This document shows, piece by piece, positions 13,432-26,579 of a DNA stretch of 64,000 nucleotides (the stretch's first letter is position 1; each line of letters starts with the position of its first letter). The notes below the pieces were generated by a model. It was not told where the DNA came from and ran no database searches. It was given only the letters and a program-made list of their open reading frames with translations. The stretch comes from Centroscyllium fabricii (Eukaryota). The position numbers and the translations under genes are program-made. Location: contig JBNRSN020000005.1 in NCBI GenBank assembly GCA_051313645.2, positions 304,916,001 through 304,980,000 on the forward strand. Reading direction: 5' to 3'.

Positions 13432-13777
13432 CAGGTTGAGCACCGGTAATCCGGCACCCGATGGTCCGGCAGCTTCAGTGGTCCGGCACGATTGGAAACC
13501 GGCGCTCTTCATCTTGCGGAGCAGCCGCTCGGCGGCGCCACTGTTTACCGCGAAGGGTGAGCGAGCGCCGAAGGAGTCAGGCGGTTGGGTTTCTGTTTTC
13601 TTAGGTTTTGTAAGTGTTCTATCCCCGGGCTCCCTCCCGGGGAGTGTTCTACTGCGCGCTCTGGGCCCCGGGGAGTGTTCTACCGCGTGCTCCCCCCGAA
13701 CCTTCAGTGGTTCGGAAATTCCAGTGGTCCGGCACCAGCCTGGTCCCGAGGGTGCCGGATTAACGGTGCTCAACCTG
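13432..13777 (+). mobile_element. Tigger-like MITE, ~345-bp family, copy 1
   Basis: TA TSD; ~28-bp TIR caggttgagcaccggtaatccggcaccc. Confidence 0.9.
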
Positions 13778-15064
13778 TACAAGGAATTGATGAGATGGAT
13801 GTAGAGAGCTTTTTTGTGCCAAAACAAAGAATCAGGCTCATTATTTATAAGCTAGAAATGTGGGCCTGAATTGAACTTCGCTTAAGGCGTACTTCTCAGT
13901 TGCATTAATTGCCTTTTGAACCCCAGCAAGGCATTCAAAAGGGAGTTGGATCAATTCCTCATTCATCAGCGCGGGGGTGGTTTAAAGGCTACACCAGATC
14001 AGGTCCTGGTACAGCTGAGGAAGCTGGATGACGGACTCTTTTCCTGTTCGCACTTCCTCAGGAAATATTCTACCCCCTTTACTCTGGGCTGCATCAGACC
14101 TGTGATCGTTGCAAAAGGAGGTAATGTTCTAATTACTGTTTTCCTATGTGTTAATGCATTTTTTGTTAAAGTTCATCTTGGCTAATTTGGTCGAAATATT
14201 AACCTTGCATAATAAAATGTAGATTTGGAAGGGAAATGTGGTGCAGGATCCAAGGAATCTTTAAAATGAGATGGACTGGTCAGATTGTATTGGGTCCTAA
14301 CTGATTTTTTTTTGTTAGTAAATGTTTCATTACAATTGAAATTAGTTTGTTGATGATGAGATGGGGCTTTCAAAACATTTATGAAGGGGAAGAAACTGAA
14401 TCATGATCTACTCTGTATTGTCCACGCCTCAATGTAAACTCATTACTACAGTAGCAGGCGCCAATTAGAAGCAGGACAGACTGCAGACAGTAAATAACTA
14501 GCTGTAGCCTCCTGCTGTTTGCTCGCAGGATTCTGCAGCAAATTCTTTCCGAAGCATAAACTTACAGGAGGCTTATGATGCCAGCGGACAGAGCCTTCTC
14601 CCAAAGAGCATGCAGCTACAATTCCACTGCCTGAAATGCCCTGTAGCATCACGATGAAATCTTGATGCCAAAGTTCAAGGTTTTACTTCTCATTTGTTTC
14701 TGTGGGAAGCAGCTCTGTTTTGTTTAAAAGGGGCTGGTGGTTGTTGCTGTTATATCAAAAGTCCAAATAGTGACAATATTAACCCCGCGGACCCTGCACC
14801 TCAATTGTGGTCTTCAAAATAGGCACATCTTTTCAAGCAGCTGCACAAATTAGGTTTTTTTGCATACTTGGTGTGTAACTGAAATAGAATCAGATAATGT
14901 AATGCCATTATGGTTTCATAAGTTCAAAAATATTCTCTTAAAACTACACCTTTTGGATAAATGTTTTAAATCAGTTTTTTTAACATCATAATGCACCGAA
15001 GCAGTGCTGCTAGAAGTCACTGGTGGGCTCACATACAAAGTAATAGAGACACTAAGTAGTAGTA

Positions 15065-15414
15065 CAGGTTGAGCACCGGTAATCCGGCCCCCCTCGGGAC
15101 CAGGCCAGTGCCGGGCCACTGAAAATTCCGAACCACTGAAGGTTTGGGGGAAGCGTGCGGGTAGAACACTCCCCGGGGCCCGGAGTGCGCGGTAGAACAC
15201 TCCCCGGGGCCCGGAGCGCGCGGGTAGAACACTTACAAAACCTAAGAAAACAGAAATCCAAACGCCCGATGCCATCGGCACTCGCTCACCCTTCCCGGGA
15301 AACGGCGATGCCGCCGAGTGGCTGCTCCGCAAAATGAAGAGCGCCGGTTTCCAATCGTACCGAACCACTGAAGCTACCGGTCCATCGGGTGCCGGATTAC
15401 CGGTGCTCAACCTG
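15065..15414 (-). mobile_element. Tigger-like MITE, same family, copy 2 (inverted)
   Basis: TA TSD, same TIR; interior is the reverse complement of copy 1. Confidence 0.9.
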
Positions 15415-16486
15415 TACATAGATAACACTGTCACCTGGAATGTGGCATTTTCAGATTTTTATTTCATTGTGCATCTTTAATCTGTTTACTCTCGGATTTT
15501 CAGTCCTCAAATAGTTAACAAGGACCCAATTTAAAACACGTACTCACTTTCCCATGTGATTGTGTGTGTAATATATATAACTGTATGGCACTAATTCAAT
15601 AAAGCAGACCTGATAATGACAAACTGTTTCTCTTTCCTGTATATTGAGAAGACCTGTGTGGGAATATTTCCTTGAACGCGTTATATCTCCATTCTTTTTT
15701 TATATAGCGCGTTGTCCTTTAATTTCATAATACAATAACTGTGTGTTAGATGTAATTCATCATAAAGGCTCATTGTTGTATGAAGAATAAGTGTTTTGAT
15801 TACTGTGCTTATTTTTATATTGGCATTAATCGAAATTGGCTTTTTATAAAAAAGAATGATTGCACCTGTAATTGGTCTGTTGGACAGTAACGGTACAATG
15901 ATTATGAAGTATCAGGGGCATGTTGAATTGGAGTCATTAAAATGGACAAGAAGACCAGGTAATGTTTTTGTTTCCTGACAATTCATAAACCAAGCTGAAT
16001 ATACCAGGTAAAAGCAAAGCATCTCTTTCATTGTGATCACAGTTGTCTATCATTGCAACCCAAAGAGGCTTGTATTTTAATCATGTCTCTCTCTTTGGAT
16101 GACCTTTTTGGACACTGATTCCCTAGTTTGAGATGGTTCATATTTAATGGATTTTTCTTTTGGGTGTTGACTTGGTGAAATATGGATGTTTGCTTAAGTA
16201 ACTTAAAACGTGATTAATAAATAGTAACAGATATGGTTGCTTTACAACAGAGTGATTCAAATTACTCTCCTTTGTTACAATTTGTTTTAAATTGAAAGCA
16301 GAAGAGAGATGACATATATCAAAATAAAATCTGATCTGAACCATTCATCATCTAATGCAGGCCTCTTGAGTTTTGGCAACACTTAATCTGTTCAAATGTC
16401 CCCTGTTGGAGGATTTAGCAAAAGGCTGTTAAATATTCCCCCCCCCCCCCCCCCTCCCTTCCTTCAACTCAGTGCCATTAGTCTAA

Positions 16487-17062
16487 AGGCCCTGTCACAC
16501 CTAGGCGTTTTAGCCAGCGTATGCAAATTTGGCTAAAACGCTGAATTTTTGACTTTTTCTCAGTTTTGGGCGTAAATAGCGTATTCATAACGTATGCATA
16601 ACGTATTAGTAACGTACACAGAACGTATCGATAACTTACAGATAACTTATACCAACGAATGCTTAGCGTGTTGTCGGCGTTCACAACTTATGCCCAACGA
16701 TAGTCTAACGTATGCATAGCGCGCGGCAGCGTATCGCCGACGTTTTAGATAAATTTTGATATGTTGGCATACTAAATCGTCAAGTTGTGACAGGGCATCA
16801 CAGGGGCACAGGTAAAGTGTGTTCAACGATCGCCTAACGTGCCTACAACGTATGGCCAGCGTATGCGGAACGTGTGAGTCATACGCTGGATAAGTCGAGA
16901 TTTTTTGTGCATGCTCAAAAATTCTCGACTTACTCGAAGTACAACGACGTATGCAACGTATGCCCAGCGTTCTCGTAACGTACCCATAACGTATCCGACG
17001 TAACCCAGCGTTTTAGCCAAATTTGCATACGCTGGCTAAAACGTCTAGGTGTGACAGGGCCT
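16487..17062. mobile_element. PIF/Harbinger-like MITE
   Basis: TAA TSD (16484-86 / 17063-65); ~55-bp near-perfect TIR aggccctgtcacacctag... Confidence 0.85.
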
Positions 17063-17130
17063 TAAGTCGTGGTTCATTGGTTGGTTGCTGTTGTCTAATC
17101 CACTTTTTTTCCTGTCTTTTCTTTTGGCAG

Positions 17131-17263
17131 TCTAACAAAGTACCCGTTGTGCAACACCCCCACCATGTCCACCCGCTAACGCCACTGATAACGTACAGCA
17201 ATGAACACTTCACACCAGGTAACCCTCCACCACACTTACCAGCAGATGTGGACCCCAAAACAG
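17131..17263 (+). CDS. TCF7L2: TCF7L2 exon 6 ([45 protein letters not shown])
   Basis: Polypyrimidine tract plus cag acceptor ending 17130, 133 nt, donor gtaggt; the peptide matches the TCF7L2 context-dependent domain; starts in phase 0. Confidence 0.97.
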
Positions 17264-18439
17264 GTAGGTAAAGGGAAAACCTCTTCGCTGATAATGCTGT
17301 TTGTTTCTGGGATCAGAGTGCAATTCAGATGAAATTCTTCTGAATTTTTCTTTACTCAGAAGGCATTAGGGGAGATCCATGTCTGCATCAGAACTAAGTG
17401 ATGTTGAATGTTGTTTGTGTACTTATACATTTTCAATAATGTGCATCAGCAATGTATTCGAATTTAAATGTCATTGTTGTGCATTCAGTGCCAGAATGTT
17501 CCACTTGTAATTTTGCCAGGGATAAATTGCTTTCCGTTTTTGGAAAAAAATAAACCTTTTCAAATATAATTTCACGCCAGGCATTGTTTCTGCTGCCTCC
17601 ACGGTCAGGTGGTTTGTAAATGGACGGGTGCTGTTCGTCAGGCCGCACATTTGCACAACTTCCATCTGGGCCCTTCCGAACGGTATTTGCACCTATTCTG
17701 TCTGTTCTTTTAAAAAATAAACATAGAAGTATACAAAAAGCTATTCATGAAACTGGAAGTTCAAGGAGGCCTGTGAAATGTCTGCACACCTGGCAAAAAA
17801 TATAAGAAATTAATTGCCGTCCTTTTGGAGTCTGAACTGCTTGCCCAGCGCAAAAAATAAATAAAAAGAAAAGCTTTCCCACAATAGAACTGTTTTCCAG
17901 AAATCACCATTCAAATTGCAGAACTGCCTGTGTATTGAGCCTTGACTACTGCACCAAAATAAAAATAGGATTTCAATTTTTAGTTTGTGGTAAAATTCAT
18001 GTTCTGTGGTTCCAGAGAGCTCTTTTTCATAGCATTCATATTAGAGGTTCTCTGAAACACCGTGATTGCCCAGTGGCTCTCGGATTCTTGCGTGTGATCC
18101 CTCACTCCAGGAAGATCCAATCCCCTCTTTGGGGAGGGGGCAGACTGATGCAAGCCCCTTTCTGCAGGGATTTGAAACCTGAGGACTGGTCATTGGTCCA
18201 TTTGCTTGATTGTAGAGGGCCAGGGGTAAGGGGTCTTAGAGCTGGTTATCTGCCTCAACTTGGGAATGGTGCTGGGGAAGAGGAAGAGACAGAATAAAGG
18301 TTTTAAAAAAAACATGTAATAACAGGGATGGAATCACAAGCTACTTTTGCATTTGTAAGCTTTAATATCTTTAAAATTTGCAAGCTCCCAGCACCAGTTG
18401 AATCTGAATTAATTTCTATAAGGGTCGAACAGGCAGTCT

Positions 18440-18822
18440 GGGCGGCACGGTGGCATAGTGGTTAGCACTGTTGCCTTACAGCACTAGAGACCCAGGTTCA
18501 AATCCGGCCTCAGGTACTATCTGTGTGGAGTTTGCACATTCTCCCCGTGTCTGCGTGGGTTTCCTCCGGGTGCTCCGGTTTCCTCCCACAGTCCAAAGAT
18601 GTGCGGGCTAGGTTAATTGGCCATGATAAATTGACCCTTAGTGTTAGGGGGATTGAATGTGTGGGGTGGGATATGTGTCGGTGCAGGCTCGAGAGGGATT
18701 GAAGGATATGGGGACAAGGCAGGGACAGGGTACTGGGTTTGGATGATCAGCCATGATCTCATTGAATGGTGGAGCAGGCTCGAAGGGCCGAATGGCCTAC
18801 TCCTGCTCCTATCTTCTATGTT
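18440..18822 (+). mobile_element. HE1-type V-SINE, full length
   Basis: tRNA head (tggcatagtgg A box, ggttcaaatcc B box), V-domain gggtttcctccgggtgctccggtttcctccc, CR1/HER1-shared 3' tail. Confidence 0.92.
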
Positions 18823-18882
18823 TTTCCACTGATCCACCACATAATGATGCCTAAATGGCAGACATTACAATATAGCTTAAAT

Positions 18883-20075
18883 AACAACAGAAAATGCTGG
18901 AAAAACTCAACAGGCCAGGCAGCATCGGTGGAGAGAGAAATATAGAGTCGATGTTTCGGGTTAGGACCCTTTGTCAAGACTGTCTTGACAATTCAATTCA
19001 ACTTTATTGTCATTGCACAGTCCACAAGCACAGCACAACGAAAAGTGAGCTCACAAGCTCCCAAGACACAACGTAAAAGTCATTAAGTCGCAGAGTATAC
19101 AGAGTTATGGATACATAATAAATAAATGAATAAAATAGCAATTCAAAGAGCAGATGAGCTTATAGTGCAGAATGTGCGGGTGGGGGTGCCGATGGTAGGC
19201 AGAGATAGTGGTGAGTGACAAAGGGTCCTAACCCGAAACATCAACTCTAAGGTGGCGAATTTCATCTGGCCGTGAGGCGGGGTTTTGGGCGGCCCGGCGG
19301 GCAAAATAGCGGGAGCAGCGGGCCCCCTCCCCGCCCCAAAACCTTCCCGCCGCCGGCTGGCGGGGATGGGTTGTCATCTCATTAAGGGCCCTTAATTGGC
19401 ATCTTTAATGCCTTTTTAAGGGCCCTCAGCCATTTTGCCCTGTTTCCTGCCCTAACCCCGTCACCTTAAACCCCGCTGGGCGAAACCCAGCGGAAGCACA
19501 GCGCTGGTTATAACTTTCTCCTTCAAGGTGTGAAGGACATGCTGCCAAATGCTTGGCATGCATCCCGAACCTGAGAGGAGTAAGTTACTCCATTCTGTCT
19601 GCAGCAGCTGTGAGCAAAAACCGAGAAAACTCCGCTCTGAACATTTGCTCACAGCCGCTGCCGAGCTGTCAAGGATTCTGAGCCTGCCCGCCCGCCCACC
19701 TGTCAGTCACCAGCACTTGACCTTTCCCATTGGTTCCACTCGACTGTGATGTCACAGTGGATTGTTTCCATGGGAACTGTCAACAACCAGTGCTGGAACT
19801 GTCAATCAAACTCCTCGCAGCCCCATTGCAGCCTGACTCGATTGAGGTAATTATCTCCCGCTGCTGCCGGCGTGGATTTAACAACCTGATTAAAGTAAAA
19901 TTGCGTGGCCTTCCCAGCTGTTTGGGTGGGTGGGGCCGGAAGCGGTCCAGACCAATCACCGCCAGGTTCCCGACCTTCGGCCAAAATCCCCCCCCTATAT
20001 TTCTCTCTCCACCGATGCTGCCTGGCCTGCTGAGTTTTTCCAGTATTTTCTGTTATTTTGGATTTCCAGCATCTG
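18883..20075. mobile_element. Palindromic Penelope-derived element interrupted by a LINE tail (~18988-19130) and a MITE (19251-19995)
   Basis: The left arm agaaaatgctggaaaaactc...tttcgggttaggaccctttgtca is the reverse complement of 19216-19248 plus 19996-20055; the hammerhead core is degenerate. Confidence 0.7.
19251..19995. mobile_element. GC-rich Harbinger-like non-autonomous element
   Basis: Splits the PLE arm precisely; imperfect TIR ggtggcgaattt / aaaatccccc; flanks are taa and tat. Confidence 0.6.
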
Positions 20076-20901
20076 CAGTATTTTGCTATCTTACAATATA
20101 GTGTTCCTGACTGCAGCAATTTATACTTTTCCTGCAGTTTGTATCAGTTAATATGCTTCTGAAGTCTCTCTCTGTGCACATATCACAAAAGTGGAGGCTG
20201 ATTGAATGCAGGGAGATCCACAGTTTGATCGCTCAGGCGAGGTTTTGATTATTTCCGCCCAGTCTCCACCTCAACTATTCACATTTTAAAGTTTCTTTCC
20301 TTTCTTTGTCAGGTAAGCTCTTGCTTGCCCCTTACCCTTAGACTGTGACCCCTGGTTCTGGACTCCCCGGCCATCGGGAACATCCTTCCTGCATCTCGTC
20401 CATTTTCATGATCTGTGTTCAGACTTCCTATTTTAATTACTGAAGCAGAATTTAGGAGGAGAGACGGATCACAGGAATAGAGATCGCCATGCGATGGTTT
20501 ACTAAAAGAACAGATTTTACTGCTGGCTTGTAGCTACATAGCTTAGTTGGCTAATAGATCATGCTATTGATTTGTTTTTGTGCACAGGTTGAGATGCGTA
20601 GATTCAATACTGTCAGCTCAGCAGGTTATGGCATTGAATAGTTGATGTCTCAGTTTTCATTTCTGATTTGCGTTGAGTTAACTGACCTCAGCCAGGTAGC
20701 AGTACTACTAAAATACACAGACCACTTTGGGAGCTGCAGTATCTCAATCATTCATGGTTCGTTGGAGGTTGACCCAAGAAATATTCTATGCTTGGGACAG
20801 AGAGTTCATGCAGTGAAGGAGCATGTTCTATCTGGTGCTGCTGTTGGCTACTGCAGACTTGTAGCCAAGTTATGGGATGCCCCCGCAGCCCAAATCCTGT
20901 A

Positions 20902-21239
20902 CAGGTTGAGCACCGGTAATCCGGCACCCGATGGTCCGGCACCTTCAGTGGTCCGGCACGAATCGAAACTGGCGGTCTTCGGTTTGCGGAGTAGCCGCTC
21001 GGCGGCGGCGCCACCGTTTCCCGCGAAGGGTGGGCGGCGGTCATTTGGGTTTCTGTTTTTTTAAGGCTTGTAAGTGTTCTATCCCCGGGCTCCCTCCCGG
21101 GGAGTGTTCTGCCCGCGCGCTCCAGGCCCTGGGGAGTGTTCTACCCGTGCGTTCTACCCGAACCTTCAGTGGTTCATAATTTTCAGTGGTCCAGCACCGG
21201 CCTGGTCCCAAGGGTGCCGGATTACCGATGCTCAACCTG
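20902..21239 (+). mobile_element. Tigger-like MITE, same family as 13432, copy 3
   Basis: TA TSD; same TIR and interior. Confidence 0.9.
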
Positions 21240-21829
21240 TACAGTACTAGGTTCTAGTTGATGCTATTGACACAGCTAGCTTCCTTTGCCGTTTGATAAC
21301 ATTTCTTGACCGGGGCATCCACAGTCCTGTCCAGGAATAGGTTATCCACCAGGGGGCATTGGCACCATATTGGGGTACTAGCGATTGAATTGATTGCAGT
21401 GTCAGCTTACTTAACTACTGTGTTGCTTTCTGTTGAGTAAGTTAGCTATTAATGGAAGGGTACTTCCACACTTGTTAAATGACAGTGGCGAAGATGGGCA
21501 TTAAAACTGATAGAGGCACACAAAAAGCTTATTTCCTGGTCTGCTATGTTTTCCAACCCCCAAAAAGAGTAAATTTGGTATTTTCTTTTGCTTATTAAGG
21601 CTTGTTAATGAGCTTTCCGAGAAAGATGTGGCAGTTTTCTGCTGGGCAAATTAAAACAACTAGGTAGGAATTAGCTCACGTGATCACCCGGAGTTAATTC
21701 AATGATGGCGCTGCCAATCTCTCGCAAAGTATTTCAACATGGGTTTTGCTGCATTTATTACCTTGACTGATTCAGTGTTGCCATTGGTAAGAGAAGGCTG
21801 CCAGGCGCGCAGACTGCACCGAAGACTTA

Positions 21830-22561
21830 GGGGGGGAAAATTCGGTTGCTTACGCCTTCCGTTAGCGCCCTAAGAGGGCTGCTAATGGGGCGCAAGCCTG
21901 GGCTGGCGTCTCCTGCAATATTCAGTGGGGCGCTGGCGGGGGCAGTAACCGGTAGCGCCATGCTGCCGGCGATGACATCATCACCGTGTGCAGCGCCCCC
22001 AGCCGCGAACTTCAGTCGCGCCCGCTGCCGTACCGCCGGACGCTGTCACCGACAGGGTCAGGGGGGCGTACTTGCAGCAGGGAGAGCGATATTTAAAGGG
22101 AGGGGTGCCGGGCGGCCATTTTACTTGCTGGCTGACTGCCAGCACCTGCCCCCCTCTGCCGTCTCCGGCCTTCCCCGATGCCCCCCCGCGGAGTGCTGGT
22201 TGTGCTCCGTTAGCCCGGCGCTTCCCTCGAGTGCCGGGCTCCTTTGGCGGCATTCTGAGCCCGGCGGTCCAACGGGGCTCCGGCCCGAGCCGCACTAGGC
22301 CACTCCCCTTTAATCAGGGGAGGAAGGCCCGCAGTACCGCGGCGCGGCACTCTGCAGGGCGTGGCGCAGCGACCCACAGCGCCTGAAATTGTGTGGCAGC
22401 GCCTAAAGAACGAGGTGGGGCGCCTGCAGTAGCGCCCCACCTCCTACTTGGGGCGCTAAAACCCAATTTCTGGAGGAGCGGCACAAACGTTATCTGGGCG
22501 CTAAAAGTAGTGCAGATCCGAGGGTAGCGCCCCAAACGGGGCGCTACCCAACTTTTCCCCC
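21830..22561. mobile_element. GC-rich Harbinger-like MITE
   Basis: TTA TSD; TIR gggggaaaa / ttttccccc; subterminal tagcgcccc palindromes. Confidence 0.75.
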
Positions 22562-23882
22562 TTAGCATCTACCCCAGCAACTACCACGCAGCTCTTGAAC
22601 TGCACTTGATAATCAGCTGAACAGCTATGGGGTACTTTATACAGATGAACGGGACACTGTTGGAAAAACCAGGATGCACTGATCAACTATATAGTTGACT
22701 CTCATGGGAAGTTGAAAACCTCCCGGTTGGGTTGTTTAAATTTGATCATTACAAACACAGAGAAGACTTGAAATAACGAATACATTAATTGAAATATTTC
22801 CTGTACAATCAATACAAATAAACAATGGGCACAATTTTTAAAACTTGAATTGTAGCTTACTTTTTGTTTCTGATTTCAAATGCTGGCTTGATTACAGAAG
22901 TATACACTTAACTTCTGATGCCCTGGGTCGATAAATCTTTTTTGCGAAAGTTGAAAATGACCACGTCATGGAAATTGGGTGTACAGATTTTTGCTGCTGT
23001 GCTTAATGTGCAGTTTCCTACTCACTCCGGGGCTGAGTGGTATTTTACTAGTTAAGAGGCCCGTAAGCCACTTGGGCATTATTGCAGGTGAATCCTGATT
23101 GGACCGGTTTCCGCTGGTAAGAGTAATGAAATTCTGCAGAACAAACTCCAACTGCAGAAAGTGGAAGGAATTAGCTGCTCTTAAATAAAATGGGAAGATT
23201 AACATTCTGGTTTATTAAAGCAGATATTGTCCCCTTAGGTTTACTGTTCCCTAACCTTCAGCATAAGGCACCTTCAAAGGCAGCAGGGATGCTCCAGTTG
23301 ACCTCAGTGCCCCTGGGTTAGAGAGAAAAATTGGTATGGATGGCTGCTCTTAATTGCTAATCAGTTATTCCTGGAAGAATGTGTGTGTCTGCGTCTAGAC
23401 ACTGGGTGAGTACAGGATCAGTCTGGACTCTGATTACCCCAGCTCTTTCCCGACTGTCAACATGAGGGAAGTAAATTGGGAAGGAAAAAAGGAGAGAGGA
23501 AGAAATAACTCAGAAATTTATAACTTCTCATGTTAAAAATATCAGAAATCCTGTGCTAGTTTCTTTTGTTTAGGTTTCTTTAGCGTGTTAAATGTCCATA
23601 TTGCCAGTACCCATATTGCAGGGTTTCCTAATGGTGCATTTACCTCGACCAGCGCCATTATTCAGGTCTCCAGCGGGTATTGGCTCCTCTGGTGATGTGG
23701 TGTTGGATTGCACCTGCGCTAGTTATTCTTTATTGCCAGTTCAACATCTGTTTCATGCTCCAATTTAGCATGCGCAGATCTGTGTAAGTAGCAAGTTATA
23801 CTGCCTTCCTACACTGCCTTAAAGTGTGTGGGTCATTGAAGCGCGCTACATATATTTTATGTATGTGTATATCGCACACTGT

Positions 23883-24110
23883 CATAGAAACATAGAAGAT
23901 AGGAGCAGGAGTAGGCCATTCGGCCCTTCGAGCCATTCAATGAGATCATGGCTGATCATCCAAACCCAGCACCCCGCCCCTGCCCTCTCCCCATATCCCC
24001 ATCAAGCCTGCACCGACACATATCCCACCCAATCCCCGTAACCCCACATATTCAATCCCCCTAACACTAAGGGTCAATTTATCATGGCCAAATCAACCTA
24101 ACCCGCACAT
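23883..24110 (-). mobile_element. HE1 SINE, 5'-truncated
   Basis: Reverse complement of the 3' half of 18440-18822. Confidence 0.85.
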
Positions 24111-25167
24111 CAAATGTGACTTTGTGATGCGATGCTTCGTGAGTATACCAAACTGAATCAGTTCTTATTTCTGCACCTCCATTTCTAAGTGGAAGAACTC
24201 AATCTGAAGTGAGTTTATTATCAGTTAACCTGAAGCCGCTCTGCCTGAACTACATGCACATGGTAATATCACAGAAGCAACTTGAAGATGTCAGGTGGCA
24301 GTTACCCTCCAGCTGGTAAATCCCTTAGATTGGACCTTATTTGGGATGGGATAGTATCTGGGAATATTGAAGAAAGTAATAATGGTGAAGTAGTGCTACC
24401 ATATTACCATTTGTACAATTCTGTAAAAAAGATAATTCCAGTTAATTGCACAGGCTAAGTCATAATGCGTCGTGCAATTGTACGACACAAAAGGTTCATC
24501 GTTCCATGATGCACTGTGAAGTGCACAGTGCTAAAACCAAACACTGCATTTCTCGTTATTGAATGCCCTAAAACTGAAAGGACACCACATTGTTTTGTTC
24601 TAGTCTCGGGCAGTTTAGGAGAGTATACCTTTTGGATGTAGATTTTGGCTAGTGCATACTTATGATGCATCATTATTGTAGACCTCTGATCCAGTCAGGG
24701 AGCTGCATATAGCCAGGTTCTGTTTCACTGCTGAGTAGATAGGTCAGTGACAGTTTTGTTCTAACCAGCTGCTAGAAGGTGCCATAGAACAACTCTCCTG
24801 CTGTCGAGCAAAATTCTATAGCTTCCACTCAACATTATCCCAGAGGTGCAATGATAACCTTTACTGGGAGTCGGGGGGCGGGGGCGATAGTTACTATGGA
24901 TGTAAACCCTCAATGTGCCTGGGTGGTGCTGGAGTACATTGAATACCATGTCATACCACGTATGATTGTATTTAAATTGTGCAATGCCTGTAGATGGTAA
25001 TGGTTAAGATGATTCATCTGTATATGTGTTGGTGATCAGGTCAAAGGTCGGTTTCCAACACCAACTGTGGCAAATCATTCAAGAGATGCCTTTGGGGTCA
25101 AATCCAGAAATAGATGTATGAATCTTTAGCTGAAGTGTAATCGCAAAGTGAGATTGGCATGTTTGTA

Positions 25168-25555
25168 AAGAAAAGAAAGAACTTGAATTTATATACTGCC
25201 TTTCACGACCCCAAAACACTTTACATCCAGTGTAGTGTAGTCACTGTTGTAATGTAGGAAACGTAGCAGGCAATTTGCAAAAATTATCAGATCATCTGTT
25301 TTTGGTGTTGGTTGAAGGGTAAATATTGGCCAGGACATCAAGGAGTGCACTCCTGCTCTTCTTTGAATAGTACCACCTGAGAGGGCAGATTGGTTTTCGA
25401 TCTCATTCGAGAGTTGGCACCTCTGACAGTGCAGCACTCCCTCAGTCCTACACTGCAGTGTCAACTTAGATTTTTGTGCTCAAGTCTCTGGAGTGGGACT
25501 TGAACCCACAACCTGCTGACTCAGAGGTGAGAGCGCTACCAACTGAGCCAAGGCA
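25168..25555 (-). mobile_element. Deu-domain SINE (SacSINE1-like)
   Basis: tRNA head (rc of gtgggacttgaaccc...ctaccaactgagcc), Deu-like core gacagtgcagcactccctcagt, L2-type tail. Confidence 0.75.
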
Positions 25556-26385
25556 GACACTTGACATCAATCATCTACGTTTACTTTTCAGCAGGAATCA
25601 CTGGATACTGATTGGGAGCAGCAGATCTGGCTGATTAGCCCCACCCCACAGCTTAGGACACCGAGGCCAGTTTGTAGTACTCCATCACTGCCCTGGCAAA
25701 GACCAGGCTGCGAATTGTAACCCGATAGTCCGTGGCTCAGTACCACAGCACGCAGTGAATTTACCCCCTGGGCCATTAAGGAAGTTGCTTTAATCTAGTT
25801 AAAACCTTCCCATTTGAGTTTCTGATACAATTTACCCCATATGTTTTTTCTTCTTGCTTGCAAGCTCTTTTTAATCCTGGCCTCACCTACATGTATTTTC
25901 CTCTTGCACACGCATGCCGCTCTTTTTCTTTCCATCTTTTAAAAAAAAAATCAACTCTCATCTGGATACCTTAAATAGAAATTATAATCTTGAATTTCAA
26001 GTCTTATAAGACATTTACTGTGGATGAATGATAAAATATATATTGTCGCTTCAAATGAAAATGGGAGGGTGAAAGCCTCATTTGTTGGTCGCAGTTAATT
26101 AAGTCATTTTCTGTCTGTATGATAAATAAGTGCCCTAGCTGTTTTCATATCAATAATTAACACTGTACAGGGGCTGTGCAAATTGAATTCCAAACATTTA
26201 CTCTGGCTTCATGTGGCCTTGACTGCCCTGGCTGCACCCAGGTAAACATTACCGTCCTACAAATTGTGCAGTTAAATAATGCCATACAAGAGAAGGATGT
26301 TAAATTGTTTGTGGAAAAATGTGATTGATGTCACCTGTTGACCCTTCTTTACGCACTGGGATTTGTTGGGAGCATAAATAGCTTC

Positions 26386-26479
26386 ATAGTGTACAATGCT
26401 CAATAAGTGAAACAAATAGTGTACAATGCCCAATAAGTGAAACAAATAGTGTACAATGCCCAATAAGTGGAAAAAATAG
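26386..26479. repeat. 30-bp tandem repeat, about 3 copies
   Basis: atagtgtacaatgc[t/c]caataagtgaaacaa repeated. Confidence 0.9.
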
Positions 26480-26579
26480 CAGGCCTGGAGTAAAATTGCA
26501 GGGCAACATTTGAGGCCCTCGAAAACATAATGAGATTCAAGGGCTTTGAGAGAAATGTTTAGAAACTTGATCAAAGTGA

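Noticed and set aside
13207-13869. 206-aa and 122-aa ORFs resembling ORFs at 14916 and 20642
   Set aside because: The similarity comes from shared MITE sequence; there are no transposase motifs
18440-18515. tRNA-like sequence (also at 62614 and ~25480-25555)
   Set aside because: SINE heads, not tRNA genes; they continue into V or Deu domains
21846-22568. GC-rich island with multiple ORFs, possible promoter or gene
   Set aside because: Bounded by TIRs and a TTA TSD; the ORFs are composition-driven
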